DNA from: the human T2T-CHM13v2.0 reference genome, Homo sapiens
Strand: one strand, 5' to 3'
DNA length: 64,000 nt
Assembly (NCBI RefSeq): GCF_009914755.1
Contig: NC_060941.1
Part shown: positions 15,899 to 32,999 of the stretch, piece by piece
Layout: every line of letters begins with the position of its first letter
Position numbering within the stretch: the first letter of the stretch is position 1
Notes under the pieces: model-generated
The model's database searches: none
What the model saw: the letters and a program-made list of their open reading frames with translations, nothing else
What the model was told of the DNA's origin: nothing
Program-made: the position numbers and the translations under genes

Positions 15899-17929
15899 GG
15901 ATGGAACATTCTGCTCTTTCTCCATCTGCTGCCTACCCATGATGTCTTGGGACTCCTAGAACCCTAAAGGAAGCCCCTGGACACGCAGGAAGGTGTGGAG
16001 AGGAGTTCTCATACTTGCACTTGGGAGGAGGGCTCAGGAGAAACAGAGGCTGGCAACACCCCCTCACACACTGGTCCTCTGGAGGGCCAGTGTCTACAGA
16101 CACTGTGGACTGAGTCCACAGAGAGGAAAGGGTCCTGCCTTCATCAGAACTGCTCAGCAAGCAGTTCCATCCCAGGGGGTCCTGCGAGGTAAGGGAGGGG
16201 CAGCTAGCTAGGTGAGGGGCTGAGAGAGTGGGGAGGGGAAAGAGGGAAGAAGAGAGTGAGAGGGAGAGGGAGGGACTGAGCCGATTCTCAGCTCCTTGAC
16301 CGTTTGCTGAGCTCTGTCTGAGTGGACAGATGGTCCCAAGTCAGGCCACACCAGAGTGGCCTTTCTGCTCCCCTACACCCTGCATTCCTCAACATTGCTG
16401 GCCCCGGAGAGACTTTCCTTCAGAGAAGCAAATGGCTGGGGAATGGTGAAAGACACTGCAGAGAAAAGAAAGCACAGCCTGCTGCCCTGGGAATTAACAT
16501 GATTTAGGAGACCTGCAGGTCACCCCCTCATGACTAAAAGCCATCCTGGAATGAAGGTCTGTGGCTATTTCTAGGCAAAACTGTCTGATAAGATAAAATA
16601 GCTCAACTCCTGACCATTAAGTCGTGAAGGCCATGGCCATCGTAAATCTCATCTTTCCGGCCCTCTGGCCTGCATGCAGTGCAGCCCAGCCAGTCGGTGG
16701 CAGCCACCTTGGTAGGAAGGGCCCTCATCCTCCTGGCTGTGCCCCAAGGACTGGGCAGGCTTCGGTGCCAAGGGTAGTGCGAGCACTTGAAAGCCGCCCT
16801 GTATGTTTATTGTTTTCCCCAGGTGATCCAGAATTACTCCCGAACTCTACCAGCTGAAATCCTCCTCAACTCACATCAGACAAGACGGCCCTGCCACTTA
16901 CCTGTCAGATCACTTTGGGCAGGTAAGCTCATTTTCCTGAATCTTTACTTCCACACCTTAAAATGTGAGCAATACTATCTCCCTGGCAAGGTTGTTTGTG
17001 AGGGTAAAATGAAACAATAATCACGGGTGCATCCTGGAGCTCTTTCTTACAAGGCGTGCCCCCAAATCTGTCCCCTCTTTCTGAGGATGCCCTTCCCCTA
17101 TTGTCTCCCTGGCCGTTTCCTACCCATTCTCAAGGGCCATGATCTCAGGGAGTTCTCCTGACTCACCCAGGCATATTGGATCTCCTACGTACTGCTACGA
17201 CTGCACACAGGTGCAGGAAATGGCTGTTTGCTTTGCGTTTGAGGAACTTGGAAAGGGAGACGTGGTAGGGAAAGTAGTGGTTAGGGGCACTTTCAGACTG
17301 AAGGATGTGGGTTGGGGAATACGGGATTCTTGGAGTTGAGGACGCCGCTTCTCTCGTCTCTAGCTAATGTGAGAAAGACCCTTCTGGACACTAAGCCTGC
17401 AATTCCACTGGTGGCTACCAGGTGTCCGTGGTGTCCTGGGGCGGGTGTAATGAGAGCGGGAGCCTGTGAAACCAAAAGCATTGTTTTTATAAATTCAGCA
17501 CTCTTCAATCCCTATTAATAAGGTTAGCGGTGCAGTTCTTGCGTCTCCTGCCCTGCCTCACCTTGCAATCATATTCATTGGCATTCCTTTCTTCCAAGAA
17601 CCCACCTAGGAGGCCTTGCAGGAGATATCTCTGGTGCTGGCTGTTCCTGCAGTCTGAAAAGCCAGTTAAGATACAAATATGTGAGAGGACACTGCTTGAA
17701 TCTGATTTCATTTTTTAAAAAGTTTAATTATTCACAGACTTTGCTTCTTTCTGACTAGTAATGTGACACCTGTGACTCAGTTCAAGATGGTGTGTGGTGA
17801 CCTTGCAGTTGAGAAGCACTGAGCGCTATAGCCATGCCAAGAAGGTTGCCCTCCTGGGACCAGCAAAAATTCCATCCAGGGGGCCATCTCTGTCAGGCTT
17901 GTCCTGACTATCTTTTTGGAGAGGCGGCA

Positions 17930-18190
17930 GAGTGGAGTGGTTAAAAGCATGATTCTGGAGCCCAGCTACCTGGGAGCAAAGCTCGTCTCTACCGCTTACC
18001 AGCTCTGAGAGCTTAGGCAAGTGACCTATTCTCTCTGTGCCTCTGAGTTTTCATCTGTGAAATGGGAGTAACAATAGTCCTGTCTCACAGGGTTGCTGGG
18101 AGGCTTGAATGAGTTAATGTCCATGGGGTGCTGAATCAGTGCCTGGCATACGGTGAAGGCCATGTGAGCAGTAAATATTATTATTATTAG
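17930..18190 (+). mobile_element. MIR
   Basis: MIR core (GGCAAGTGAC..CTCTCTGTGCCTC..TTTCATCTGTGAAATGGG) and an (ATT)n end. Confidence 0.8.
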
Positions 18191-18197
18191 AAAGGTT

Positions 18198-18539
<342 letters not shown>

Positions 18540-18748
18540 TTATTGTTCACTTGCATCAAATGCTAGGTTCAGTGTATTGTTCTTGTAAGATTAGAAATGG
18601 AGAGATGGGTCAGAAGGGGTTGGTCAAAATAGACCTCTCAACCCAAGCAGACAGGGCTGGCTTCATGGCCGGGCAACCATGCAGGACCCAGGGCTCTAAG
18701 ATAAGAAAGGCACGTAGTTTAATGCTTTGCTGTCCCATCTTGATACTG

Positions 18749-19056
18749 TTTTTTTTTTCTTTTTTTTTTGGAAATGGAGTTTCACTATTGTCACCCAAGA
18801 TAAAGTACAATGGCGTGATCTCAGCTCACTGCAATCTCTGCCTCCTGGGTTCAAGCAATTCTCCTGCTTCAGCTCCTTGAGTAGCTGGGATTACAGGCAT
18901 GTACCACCACACTCAGCTAATTTTTGTATTTTTAGTAGAGACGGGGTTTCACCATGTTGGCCAGGCTGGCTGGTCTCGAACTCCTGATCGCAGGTGATCC
19001 ACCCACCTCGGCCCCACAAAGTGCTGGGATTACAGGCATGAACCACCGTGCCTAGC
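18749..19056 (-). mobile_element. AluS, inserted in a MER91-like remnant (about 18655-19130)
   Basis: Alu consensus; flank TTTTCATTTTGCACTGGGCCC resembles MER91. Confidence 0.85.
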
Positions 19057-20079
19057 TGATATTCTTAATTTATGAAGGAAGGGCCCCAAATTTTCATTTT
19101 GCACTGGGCCCACAAATAACGTAGCAGGTCCCACAAACAAATTCGTCTAGATTCAGAGGGCCCCTTGCCTTCCTCCTCTGCTCACATTCGTTCCTTTCTC
19201 CCATCACAGGCGGGTACCCTACCTTGGGGGATTTGCCCCAGAATAAGCCTTTTTTTTCCCTTCTAACATTTTAATGAAAAATTTCAAGTGTATAGCAATG
19301 TTGAAAAGATTTTATAGTGAGCACCCATACACCTGCCACCCAAAGTCTACCATTAATGTCTTCTGGACTTACTTTTGCCGTCTTATTCATACTCTGCCTG
19401 GACTGTCCTCAGCTACAGGACTCACATCTCTTGCCGACAGCTCTAAGGCTTCCAGTCCTGCTGTCTGGACCAAGAAAGGCTTCCTGGGCTCTGAGTGTCA
19501 AATGGCGGCCTTCAAGGAAGGGGAATGGTGGAAAAGGCCGTGGGGGGTTTTGGAGAAATTGCTAGGGAAAGACTGGCACCAGAGTTCCACCAGCCCAGGC
19601 AATGGGGGGTACAGAACCCATAAGATGAGTTCTAGAAAAGCAAGGAAGGTTTCGTTCTGGAGTTTGTGGACTGAGGTTTCCATTTGTGACTAGGATTCTC
19701 ATTGGTTCCTTATGTAGTTTCTTACGCCCTGCATAGTCTTCTAAGCATTTCTCACAGACGTGGTCTGGGGGCGAACACCAGCAGCCCTGAGAGGTGGCTA
19801 AAGAGGAGATTCTTCTCTCCACTTCACATCGTAGGAAACTGAGTCTCAGAGGTTCCTTCCCTGGCCTGCCCACAACCCCAGGGCTAAAAGAGGCAGACCA
19901 AGCCCAGGGCCTTGAACCCCAACAATGGGCCTCTTTCTTTTGATCCCATGATAGGGGTGCAAAAGCATTGCATTCCCCTGGGTAATTTGAAGAAAAAACC
20001 CAAAAAACTCCAACTTTGTCTCCAGGAAAAAGAGGGTGTCTGGGCTATGATTTACCTCTGAGGGTGTGGTTGCACTGAG

Positions 20080-20620
20080 CGTGATCACACTTCAAAGGGT
20101 TAGATCTCATTTCTCTGCCTTTCTAGCTTGGGCCCAGGGCTCAGAAATGTGTGGACTCCCTCACAGCCCCTCCCAGCATCCCTGCCCCCTCCCAACTGCC
20201 TTGGGCAGGTGACACCTGTATTATTGCTAAGGGTTAAAAAGCCCCCAAATCAATAAAACCCATTAATGAGTGTTGGTACCTCGAAGGCTACAGATAAATC
20301 CCTTCTACTCAGTGAGTTCAATCCCATAAAACAGCTCTCCCCTTTCAATCCTAGCATTCATTTGATAGAAAATGTGGAGAAATTTTAAAAAGGTGACTTA
20401 CTAATTGCCTGTAAAATAAAAGGCAGATGGAAGCTTTATTACAGTTGAAGGAAGTCGGGAATATTAAGGTAAAATGTCAAATAACAATTGATTTTCCTTA
20501 GACATAAAGGGGCGATTTATGGCTTCCTAGTTACTACAAACGAGAAATTATTTGAAGTTCTGAAAAGTATGAGGAGAAATAAAGATTAAATAGAAGATGA
20601 AATCATAGGGATTTCTCTGG
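20080..20620. promoter_or_regulatory. Candidate enhancer (E-box palindrome, HOX/CDX/PBX and TCF motifs)
   Basis: Unique AT-rich block: TTCAAAG ~20091, CAGGTGACACCTG 20206-20218, AAATCAATAAAA 20247-20258, CATTAATG 20261-20268, CGATTTATGGC 20513-20523. Confidence 0.5.
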
Positions 20621-21095
20621 GAGGTGACTTCAGTGCCCCTGGGGACTAGAATTCATGTGGCCAGTGGCCTAGCCAGCTGGGGCTTGGCAGTTTCAAGATT
20701 TAGAGGCAAGGTGTCTCTGAGGAGCGGGGAAGTGGCTGTTTGCTTTGTGTCTGAGGAACTAGGAAAGAAAGATGAAGATAGGGAAAGTTGTGGTTAGGGC
20801 CAATTTCAGACTGAGGGATGTGGGATTAGGGGATTCTTGTGGATGGGCCTATAGCTCTGCTTCCTGACTAGCAGATACTGGGGATCTGGGGAAGGGAAGG
20901 GTGAGCTGCCTTTCCTGGGACTTCGATGGCGTCCTTACAGTCAGGGGACACTGTCCTTGCTGGGTCCCGGACATCAGTGTCTATGTATCCCTGCAAGCCA
21001 CAGCACTATCCAGGCCCTCTGGTGGCTTTGCTTGGTCTGGGCCAACCTGGTCTCCACACTGACAGTCAAAGACGAGGAGAGGAAAAAGAACTCAC

Positions 21096-21368
<273 letters not shown>

Positions 21369-21394
21369 GGCTCATTTCCAGGCTGCCAGGCTTA

Positions 21395-21800
21395 TGTTAG
21401 CCTGGGGTCCCGCAGGAGCTGACCTGAGACAAGTACTTGAGGGCAAGTTGTTTGTTTGAGGGATGCTCACAGGAAGCTCCAGTAGGAGGGTAGGGAGGTG
21501 ACCCAGGGAAGGAAGGCAGCTTACAGGGGCATGTTGTCAGGAAGGGCACCCCGGCGGGTGACGGAAGCTTAATTTTGCTGGGAAACTCAGGAGCCAGCAT
21601 GGAACCTGCACCTCAGAGTTATCCCACTGGAAGGATGAGGGAGCGGGTACTTATACACCAACTCCATCCCCGTCCTTTGTTAAGGCTGCTGGATGGAGTG
21701 GGTGGGACACTCATTCTTCAGCACTCCCAGGGGCCCTCAGGCTGTCAGAAGTTAGGTCCGTTGGGCTCCAGGATGAGGGGACCCCCAGAAGATGCGGGAG
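21395..21800. mobile_element. ERVL LTR16-like remnant
   Basis: CTGAGACAAGTACTTGAGGGCAAGTTGTTTGTTTGAGGGATG resembles an LTR16 end. Confidence 0.45.
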
Positions 21801-22008
21801 GGCGTCCGCAGCATCTGCCTCTGTGCTTTCCCTGTTTATCTGAATCCTCATAATTCCCGCCACATGCAGATCAGAGCCCCCAGCTTTATGGAAGAGAACA
21901 CAGGTTTGGAGAAGATAAAGAGCATTCCCACAACTAGGAGGTGGGGAAAGCTAGGAGTTCAGCCCAGAGCTCCCTGACTTCAAAGTCCATTCTCTTTCTA
22001 CTTCCTGA

Positions 22009-23964
<1,956 letters not shown>

Positions 23965-24228
23965 TAATAAGCATCAGCCAGGCTAGGCAGGCCGGGGGCC
24001 ACACTCGAGAACATTTGCACCACAGCCACTGGCTACCTGCCCCTTTTTCCATAAGGTTCCACTGCCCTCTCTCCCCTCTATCTGGGTCTGTTCTTCAGGT
24101 TCTTCCCTGGGAGCTCTCTGAGTGACATAACTGTCCCCAAGTGCTGGGAGATGGAGAGAGGAATCACCAGACTGGAGCAGGCCCCCAGAGCGGAGATGGG
24201 AAGGGGAGGCTGGTGTTCTGAGGCTCCC

Positions 24229-24277
24229 GAGGCAGTGAGAGGTGACCGGAGGCAGTGAGAGGTGACCGAAGACAGTG
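24229..24277. repeat. 20-bp tandem repeat GAGGCAGTGAGAGGTGACCG, about 2.4 copies
   Basis: Direct inspection. Confidence 0.9.
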
Positions 24278-24667
24278 GCTGAGAACCAGGGAGGGGCTGC
24301 GGGAAAAAGCCCTGGGTGCAAGTCGCTCTTTCCTTAGCGTCTTTGAGAGGAGGGATGGGGAAAGGTGAGGTACTAGGGAAAACCATCTGGAAGGAGGTCA
24401 GGCTGCAGAAAAGCTGCAGGAGTCTGGGGGACTAAGAAAACAGTGGGAGACCCCGCTGCAGCCCAGCACGTGAGGGTGAGAACGTCATGAATGAGGGAAG
24501 AGCAGGCAGGGGGTGGTGGCCTTGTGGCCTCTGGAGAGGAGGAGCCACATGACTCTGGGGTGATCTGGGGTGACCCTCAGGGTAAGGGTACCTCCCTAGC
24601 ACTGAGTACAGAGGGAAGCCTACACTGCCAGGTGCAGTTTCCCTGGCAATGCTTCTCCTTCTAACAC

Positions 24668-25105
24668 TATGTGAGTTTCCTAGTGCTGCTGTAACAAACT
24701 GCCATAAACCAAGTGGCTTCAGAGAACACAGACGGACTATGACAGTTGTGGAGGGAAGAAGTTTGAAAAGCGGGGTGCCCGCAGGCTGCAGTGCTTCTGC
24801 AGGCTCCAGGGAGAATCTGGTCCTTGCCTCTTCCAGCCTCTAGAGCCTGCCGCACTCCTTGGCTCATGGCCCCGTGTCATTGTAGCCTCTGCTTCTGCCA
24901 TCACATCTCCTCCTCTGCCTCTCCTGCCTCCCTCTGTCCTTTATAAGAACGCTTTTGAGTATATTGGACCCATCTGGATAGTCCAGGATAAATCCCTCCA
25001 TCCTCATATCCTTAATTTAATCACACCTGGAAGGTTCCCTTTGCCACATAAGGTAACATATTCACATTGGGACAGTTAGGGGATTGGGATGTGGACATCT
25101 TTTGA
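24668..25105 (-). mobile_element. MaLR LTR (MLT1B/C-like)
   Basis: GTTTCCTAGTGCTGCTGTAACAAA..CCTTAATTTAATCACA..GATGTGGACATCTTT. Confidence 0.8.
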
Positions 25106-25137
25106 GGTGGGAAGAAGGAGCTGGGGTTCTTTTTAAC

Positions 25138-25467
<330 letters not shown>

Positions 25468-28400
25468 TAGCAATCTGGGTGACCCTGGGCAAGGCCTATC
25501 CCCTCTCTGGGCCTTTGTTTCTCCACCTGTGCAATGAGGCTGTTCCCTCTGGCTCCTTCACTCTGAGTTTTTCAGTTGGGAGAATATCTTGGCAGGGAGC
25601 AGAGGTCGGCGGGGGTGGTTGTCATTCCATTTCAGGGCCTCTCAGAGTCCTGCCGTGGTGTGCACTGTGTGTGTGTTTAATTTTCTACATTTGGATGTGA
25701 TCCTAATCCAATAAATGCTTAGGAGACTTCTATAGAATAGATTAATTTTTACTAGAAAAAAATATAATTGGCTGATGTTAAGGCTACTGCCCTGACAAAT
25801 CTGCCTTGGCCATATATCTGAGAAGGTAAAAGACCCGCTACGCTTGCACATAAATATGCCATCTTCCCCACAGGCCCTGGAGAAGCACCCCGGGGAGGTT
25901 TCCCTTGGTGATTTATTCTTCATTAATAAGCTCTATGCTATATTAGGATCAGATTTATGACTCTGCCTTTCTAATATTTCTGACATTTCATCTGAAAAGA
26001 ATTACAAATGAAATCTTGAAACTTTGCCACTTCTCCCTGCTAGTGCTCTGGCACTCTGTGTCCAAGGGGAGATGGTGGGCTGGGGAGACCCCAAGAAGCA
26101 GGGACAGAGGCATGTTTCTCAGGGAAAGGAGCGATCAGCTTGACTTTGGGAGAGCTTTATTCAGTTTGCAAGCAGCTTGGGAGGTGAGCGGTTCAGGCGA
26201 GAAGGCTGCAGACCAGACCACAAGCCCAGCAGCAGCAGTGATGCCTGTAACATGTATGAGATGGTGGCAGGCACATTCATTCATTCAACAGCTATTTGTT
26301 AAGCACTTTACTGTGTGCCAAACACTGTGCTGCTTGGTGCTTGGGATACAGGAAAGAATAAAAGTGAAGCAGTGATGAAGATCTTGGCCTTCATGCATAT
26401 GGTGTTCTAGCAGAGGTAGGGGAGTGTCAAGCACTGATGAATGAAAATCCTGAATAGGTAAAATATATCATATGTTCACACGTGGTAAGGGCTATGGCAA
26501 AACAGAAACAAACCCTCCACACAGGGAAAAGGGAACCAAGAGTGCCGGGTGGTCAAGTTGCAATGTTAATTAAGAAAGCACTTCAACTCATCAACTCAAG
26601 GAACCGTATTATCCCCATTTTACAGATGAGGACGGAGGCTCAGGGTGGATTAGGAGCTACACAAAGACACAAAGGGAACTTTGCACAACTTGAAAGTTTG
26701 CAAAGTGCCGTCTGAGCCATTAGTCTCCCTTCTCCCCACTGACTGCCCTACCACAATCACATGGGGACCATAAAAATACTGTTGCCTGGGTCCCGCTCCC
26801 CTGAGGCTTTGATTCAATTGGTTTGGATGCAGCCTGGGACTTGGCATGTGACTCTTGTGGTGCCAGGACTAAGAATCTTGTGTGAACTCCCAGCACAGCC
26901 TCTCAGGCCTCTATTTTCTCACCTGCAAGATGTGGGTAAAAATATTCACCCTGTACTGCAAGAGGATGTCAGGAGTGAAGGCAGAAACACAGCACCAGCC
27001 CTCCAGGACCCCCAACCCCTCCCCCACCCCAATCCTTCACCCCTGTTGTACCTTCTGACCTCAAAGTGGCTCTGATTATTTCACTCCCACAGGCCACTGG
27101 CTCAGAGGTATAGAGCTCACCTGTGGCAGATGGAGATGCGGATCTGAGGCTTCTGATGCTGTCACACCCAGCGGCGCCCCCCAAATTCCGGGCCCCTGGA
27201 TGACATCTGGTCTGTTCCTGCAGCATCAGAGCACAATAGAGCCAGCCACCAGTCCCAGCCCTGCCTGCATCCCATCCATTCCTGGGTGCCTAACCCCGAG
27301 GATCCCCTGGCAGTATGATGCGGACCTGTCTTGGATCCCAGGGATATGCTGGCCACGGGGAGGAGCCGGAAACCAACCTTTGTGTCACTGTGTAGTGACA
27401 AGTGCCTTTGGAGGTCACAATAGCCAGTGGTGATTTCTACCACTGCCCCCAGCAGCCAAGGTGGCAGAGGAGCCCTGTCAGTCACCCCCATTCTGTTCAT
27501 GGTCTCACGGTGGGCTCCACATGGGGGGTGGCAGCCCTCTCCCCCACCCCACCCGACCCCTTTCGACAGATAGGGTAATACAAATACAAATAACACCAAA
27601 AGATTGAGTTGCTGGGCAGAAAGGGACCAAAGGCCAGTGTGTGTGTGAGGGGTGGGGGCAGGGCAGGAGAGGAGCAGCAAAAGGCTGTGACCGCCTGGCT
27701 GAGCACTGGATACTCACTGAAGGGCAGGGAGGCTTCCTGGAGAAGGAGACCTGGCAGGGGCTGAGGGAGTGATGCCAGGCATGGGGGTTTGGAGGGACCC
27801 CAGGCATGGCATGCCTCCATTCCTCCCTGTGCTATCCACTCTATATAAGGGGTGCTGTGCAGGGAGACAGCTTGCATCCAAGCAGGGAGGCAGGGAGGAT
27901 GAGAGGCAGAGAGGAGCCCAGCTGGGTTGATGGAAAGTCTGGGAAATGCAGGAAATCCAGGAGGGGGAGAATGATTCCAAGCTGTGGCCTGTGATGGGCC
28001 TTGAAACCAGGTGTAGGCACTTGGATCTGATCGCTGGGGAGCCAGAGCTGCTTCCTGAGCAGCAGAAGGGCAGGATGCGAATCAGACTAGGGGCAGTGGG
28101 AGGAACTGAGAGGCCTCAGGTCACCGGAGAAAATGCACAGGGCCAGGAGGCAGAGATGCTCCTGTTTTCTTGCTCTGGGGCTCAGGACAGTCAGTCACCC
28201 TGAGCTTCAGACTCAGCTCACTCATTTTGCAGAGATCCTGACGGCGATGCTTCAGGATGATCTGGGAAGAGTCAATGAGGTAAAATATGTGAAATATGCC
28301 TTGAAAACTACAAACCACAGCTCATGTTCTGTTTTTGCTTCTGCTTGATGGACTCAGTGAGATGGTGGGGACAAGAATTAGAGAAGCCCATGAGGAGGCC

Positions 28401-28749
28401 AAGGGGCACCAAATAGACCCACCAAGGACCAGTGGGGACTTAGAGAAAGGATGAGTCAGAGAGAAATGACAGGAGCAGAAGGCAGGCCTTGTATGGAGGA
28501 TGAAGGTGAAGATCATACACCATTAAACTTGAGAAAGAGGCGGGAGGAGCTGCCATTTCTTGAGTCTACTGGATGCCAGCAGTAGTGCTGGGCAAGGGCT
28601 TAACAGATGGGGAAATCGAGGCACAGAGAGGTTAAGTAGCTTGCCTAAGATCACCCAGTTAGTAAGTAGCAGAGCCTGGCAGCTTAACTCCAAAGTCTTT
28701 GTACTAAAGCCAGATTTTCCAAATTTGCCCAACTGTAAGAATCACCTGG

Positions 28750-29089
<340 letters not shown>

Positions 29090-29251
29090 TTAGTGAGTCC
29101 AAGGCCTTCTGCCTCTTCCCAATGTATTCATTATGCACCATCATTACTCTTGTTCAGATACAATGTGAGTGATAGCTTGTCTCTGGCAGCACAGCAGCCA
29201 CACCCAACCAATCCAGACCTCAGTCATGAGGGTGCCAATCACAGCTAACAT

Positions 29252-29539
29252 TTTTTTTTTTGAGACGGAGTCTTGCTCTGTCGCCCAGGCTGGAGTGCAG
29301 TGGCACGATCTTGGTTCACTGCAGCCTCTGCCTCCTGGGTTCAAGTGATTCTCCTGCCTCAGCCTCCTAAGTAGCTGGGATTACAGGCACCTGCCACCAT
29401 GCCCGGCTAATTGTATTTTTAGTAGAGATGGGGGTTTCACTATGTTGGCCAGGCTGGCCTTGAACTCCTGACCTTGTGAGCCACCTGCCTCAGCTTCCCA
29501 AAGTGCTGGGATTACAGGTGTGAGCCACCGCACCTGGCC
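29252..29539 (-). mobile_element. AluS
   Basis: TSD AGCTAACATTT. Confidence 0.92.
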
Positions 29540-30067
29540 CACATAGCTAACATTTAATCAGCACATACAGGGCCATGCTCATCATTTTTTGCGCACAATG
29601 CCATTTAACCTTCACAACAGCCTGTGAGAAGGTGTGTTAGCCTCATTTTACAGAGGAAGAAACTAAGGCCCAGAGAAGTTATGCAACTTGCCCAAGGACA
29701 CACAGCTTGAAGGAGCTGAGGTTTAACCCGTTTCTACGGGGTCTGAATCCTCCTTACCACCCCTATCTCCCCTGACTCCCAGGTTGTGTTTGGTGTACTT
29801 GGGTAGTGTCCAGCTGACAAATGAGATGTTTTAGCTTCAGACAGTCTATGCCATGTAGAAATGCACCCAGGACTGTGCATATTAGGGAGGTTTGCAAATG
29901 TGTCCACATTAGATAATTTTTCTCAAAATGCCCCTCACTGAACTTCTGTCATGCAGTATGTACTGAGCACCTGCCTCTTGCTAGGTCCCGGGAGAGAGGA
30001 TGAAGAGGGCAGAGCCCCCACCCTCAGGGGACCTGAAAAATGGGAGTCCTTTGTGCTCATGGAAGCA

Positions 30068-30252
30068 GGGCCTTGGGGCCTCAGCACTATGGACATTTGG
30101 GGCCGGGTAATTCTTTGTTGTGGGGGGCTGTCCTGTAGATTGCAGGATGCTCCGCCGCATCCCTTGCCCCTGCCCTCTAGAAGCCAGTAGCACCCTCCAG
30201 TTGTGAAAGCCGTAAAATGTCTCCAGACATTGCTCCCAGTTGAGAGCCACTT
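30068..30252. mobile_element. MER20 (hAT-Charlie)
   Basis: CAGCACTATGGACATTTGGGGCCGGGTAATTCTTTGTTGTGGGGGGCTGTCCTG..AATGTCTCCAGACATTGC..GTTGAGAGCCACT. Confidence 0.8.
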
Positions 30253-30335
30253 CATTAAAGAAAAAAAAATAAAAAAGATTTCTGTATCCTCTATACATGG
30301 ACTGAATTTCACTGACATTTCTCTAAAATAACTGA

Positions 30336-30689
<354 letters not shown>

Positions 30690-31599
30690 ATTTTATTTCT
30701 TAACAAAGCACAAATCAAATGTACAATGCAGCTAGATTTTCCTTTATAAATAATGTCTAATGGATTTGTTTCTGTCAGTTGCCTAGAACATTCTGGTATC
30801 CCAGACAGAAGTGCAACACCAGGTGGAGGTGTTGCAGCTGAGAAGTTCTGACCAGCATACCAGCACCCCCTTAAAAGCTGTCTATACTTGCGGTTCTCAG
30901 CTAGGCTGCCACAGAATCGCCCAAGTCTTAAAAAAACAGGTCTCTGTCCTACTGCTTGAGATGCTGGTTCTCTAGGTCTGAGGTTCTGGCACCTGTGTGT
31001 TTTTAAAACTTTACAAATAATTTAAAAGCGCCTTCAAGTCCACAACAACAGAATATTTCCCTCCACTCCTCATTGTCCTGGAGTTCTCTAACAGTGCAGT
31101 TCTACAACTGGACACACGATGTCGCTTTTCAGCCACAGTTCTCACTAAGCGGCCCCACAGGGCGGCAGGTGCCTTCTGCAGAGAGAGAGAGAGGGCCTTG
31201 GCTGACAGGCCAAGACCGGGCATCCTGGCTCCTCCTCTGTACAGACTTTTCACAGATGTGAACTCTCCCTACTCCCTGTCTTCTGCCCCCAAATGAAGCC
31301 TCTCAGCTGGCAAGAGCTGAGAACTACCAAGCGAGCCATTGCTAATTTCTATTGTGTTTGGAACCACAAAAGGCAGAATTATTAAGGCTGTAAAGGACCT
31401 CAGAGCATCTGGTGCAGTGAGTTTCCAACTTGTGAAAATCTGATGTGATCTCGGACAAGTCACTTAACCCCCTGCCTCAATTTCTTCATCTGTAAAATAG
31501 GATAGGAATATATCTTGCCCGTCTGATTGTTATGAAGACAAAGAGAACAAATGCACATAAAGCCCGTGACCATGTGCTTTGTGAATGGAAGCTTTAATT

Positions 31600-32273
<674 letters not shown>

Positions 32274-32999
32274 CTACTGCCATTGTCCATGATTTTTCCT
32301 ACAGGGAAAATCACAATCCCAGAAGATAAGACAAAGAACAGTAAAAGGTGGCTTTTGAGGCAGTGAGTTCTACCTGAAGGTGGGAACAGCCCAGAGTGTC
32401 TGGGGACAGAGTGGTAAATTCTAATCAAGCCTTCCCATGGCTTTGTGGATGAGGATGAGTTTCTACCCTGAAGCTCGGCCTGTTCAGCCATAAAATCAGG
32501 ATAATGGTGGCTGTGCCTCCTTAGAGTAGAATGAGAATCAGAGCAGAACAAGGGAAAGCTGCAGTGACTTGTCAGGTGTCAACCTTCAGCATGATGGGAG
32601 AGCCATGGGACCCTTCCCCTTTCCCTAAGAGAGCCAGCCCTCACAGCAGGCCTGGGATCCAATGCCCAGCACCCAGCTGGGAGCCCAGGGACCTTGGCCA
32701 AAATCTGGTTCTGCTTCAACTTGGTGCCCGGCCTTTGTCAAGTCACTTCCTCATTTGCAAACTGGGAGAGTTTGGATGAAACTATTGAATGAAATTATTT
32801 TGGGGGTTTCTTTCTGGCTCTCACAGTCCTCGCATGCTCACCATGTTCCCTTCAATTTCATTAGCACAGCCCAACAAAGGGTTAAGCAGTGGCAGTTCCT
32901 CTCGTTCTTTGGTTAGGACAGGAAGGTCAGGGGTGAGGCCAATACAAGAGGTAGCCGCCACAGCTGATGCTGGAAATGACAATAGTTCTTTCCTAGACT

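Noticed and set aside
24229-24277. Short direct repeats as a CRISPR-like array
   Set aside because: Eukaryotic DNA with only ~2.4 adjacent units, no spacers and no cas genes.
27841-27852. TATA-box or CArG-like CTATATAAGGGG
   Set aside because: Isolated motif with no supporting downstream exon or ORF; expected by chance.
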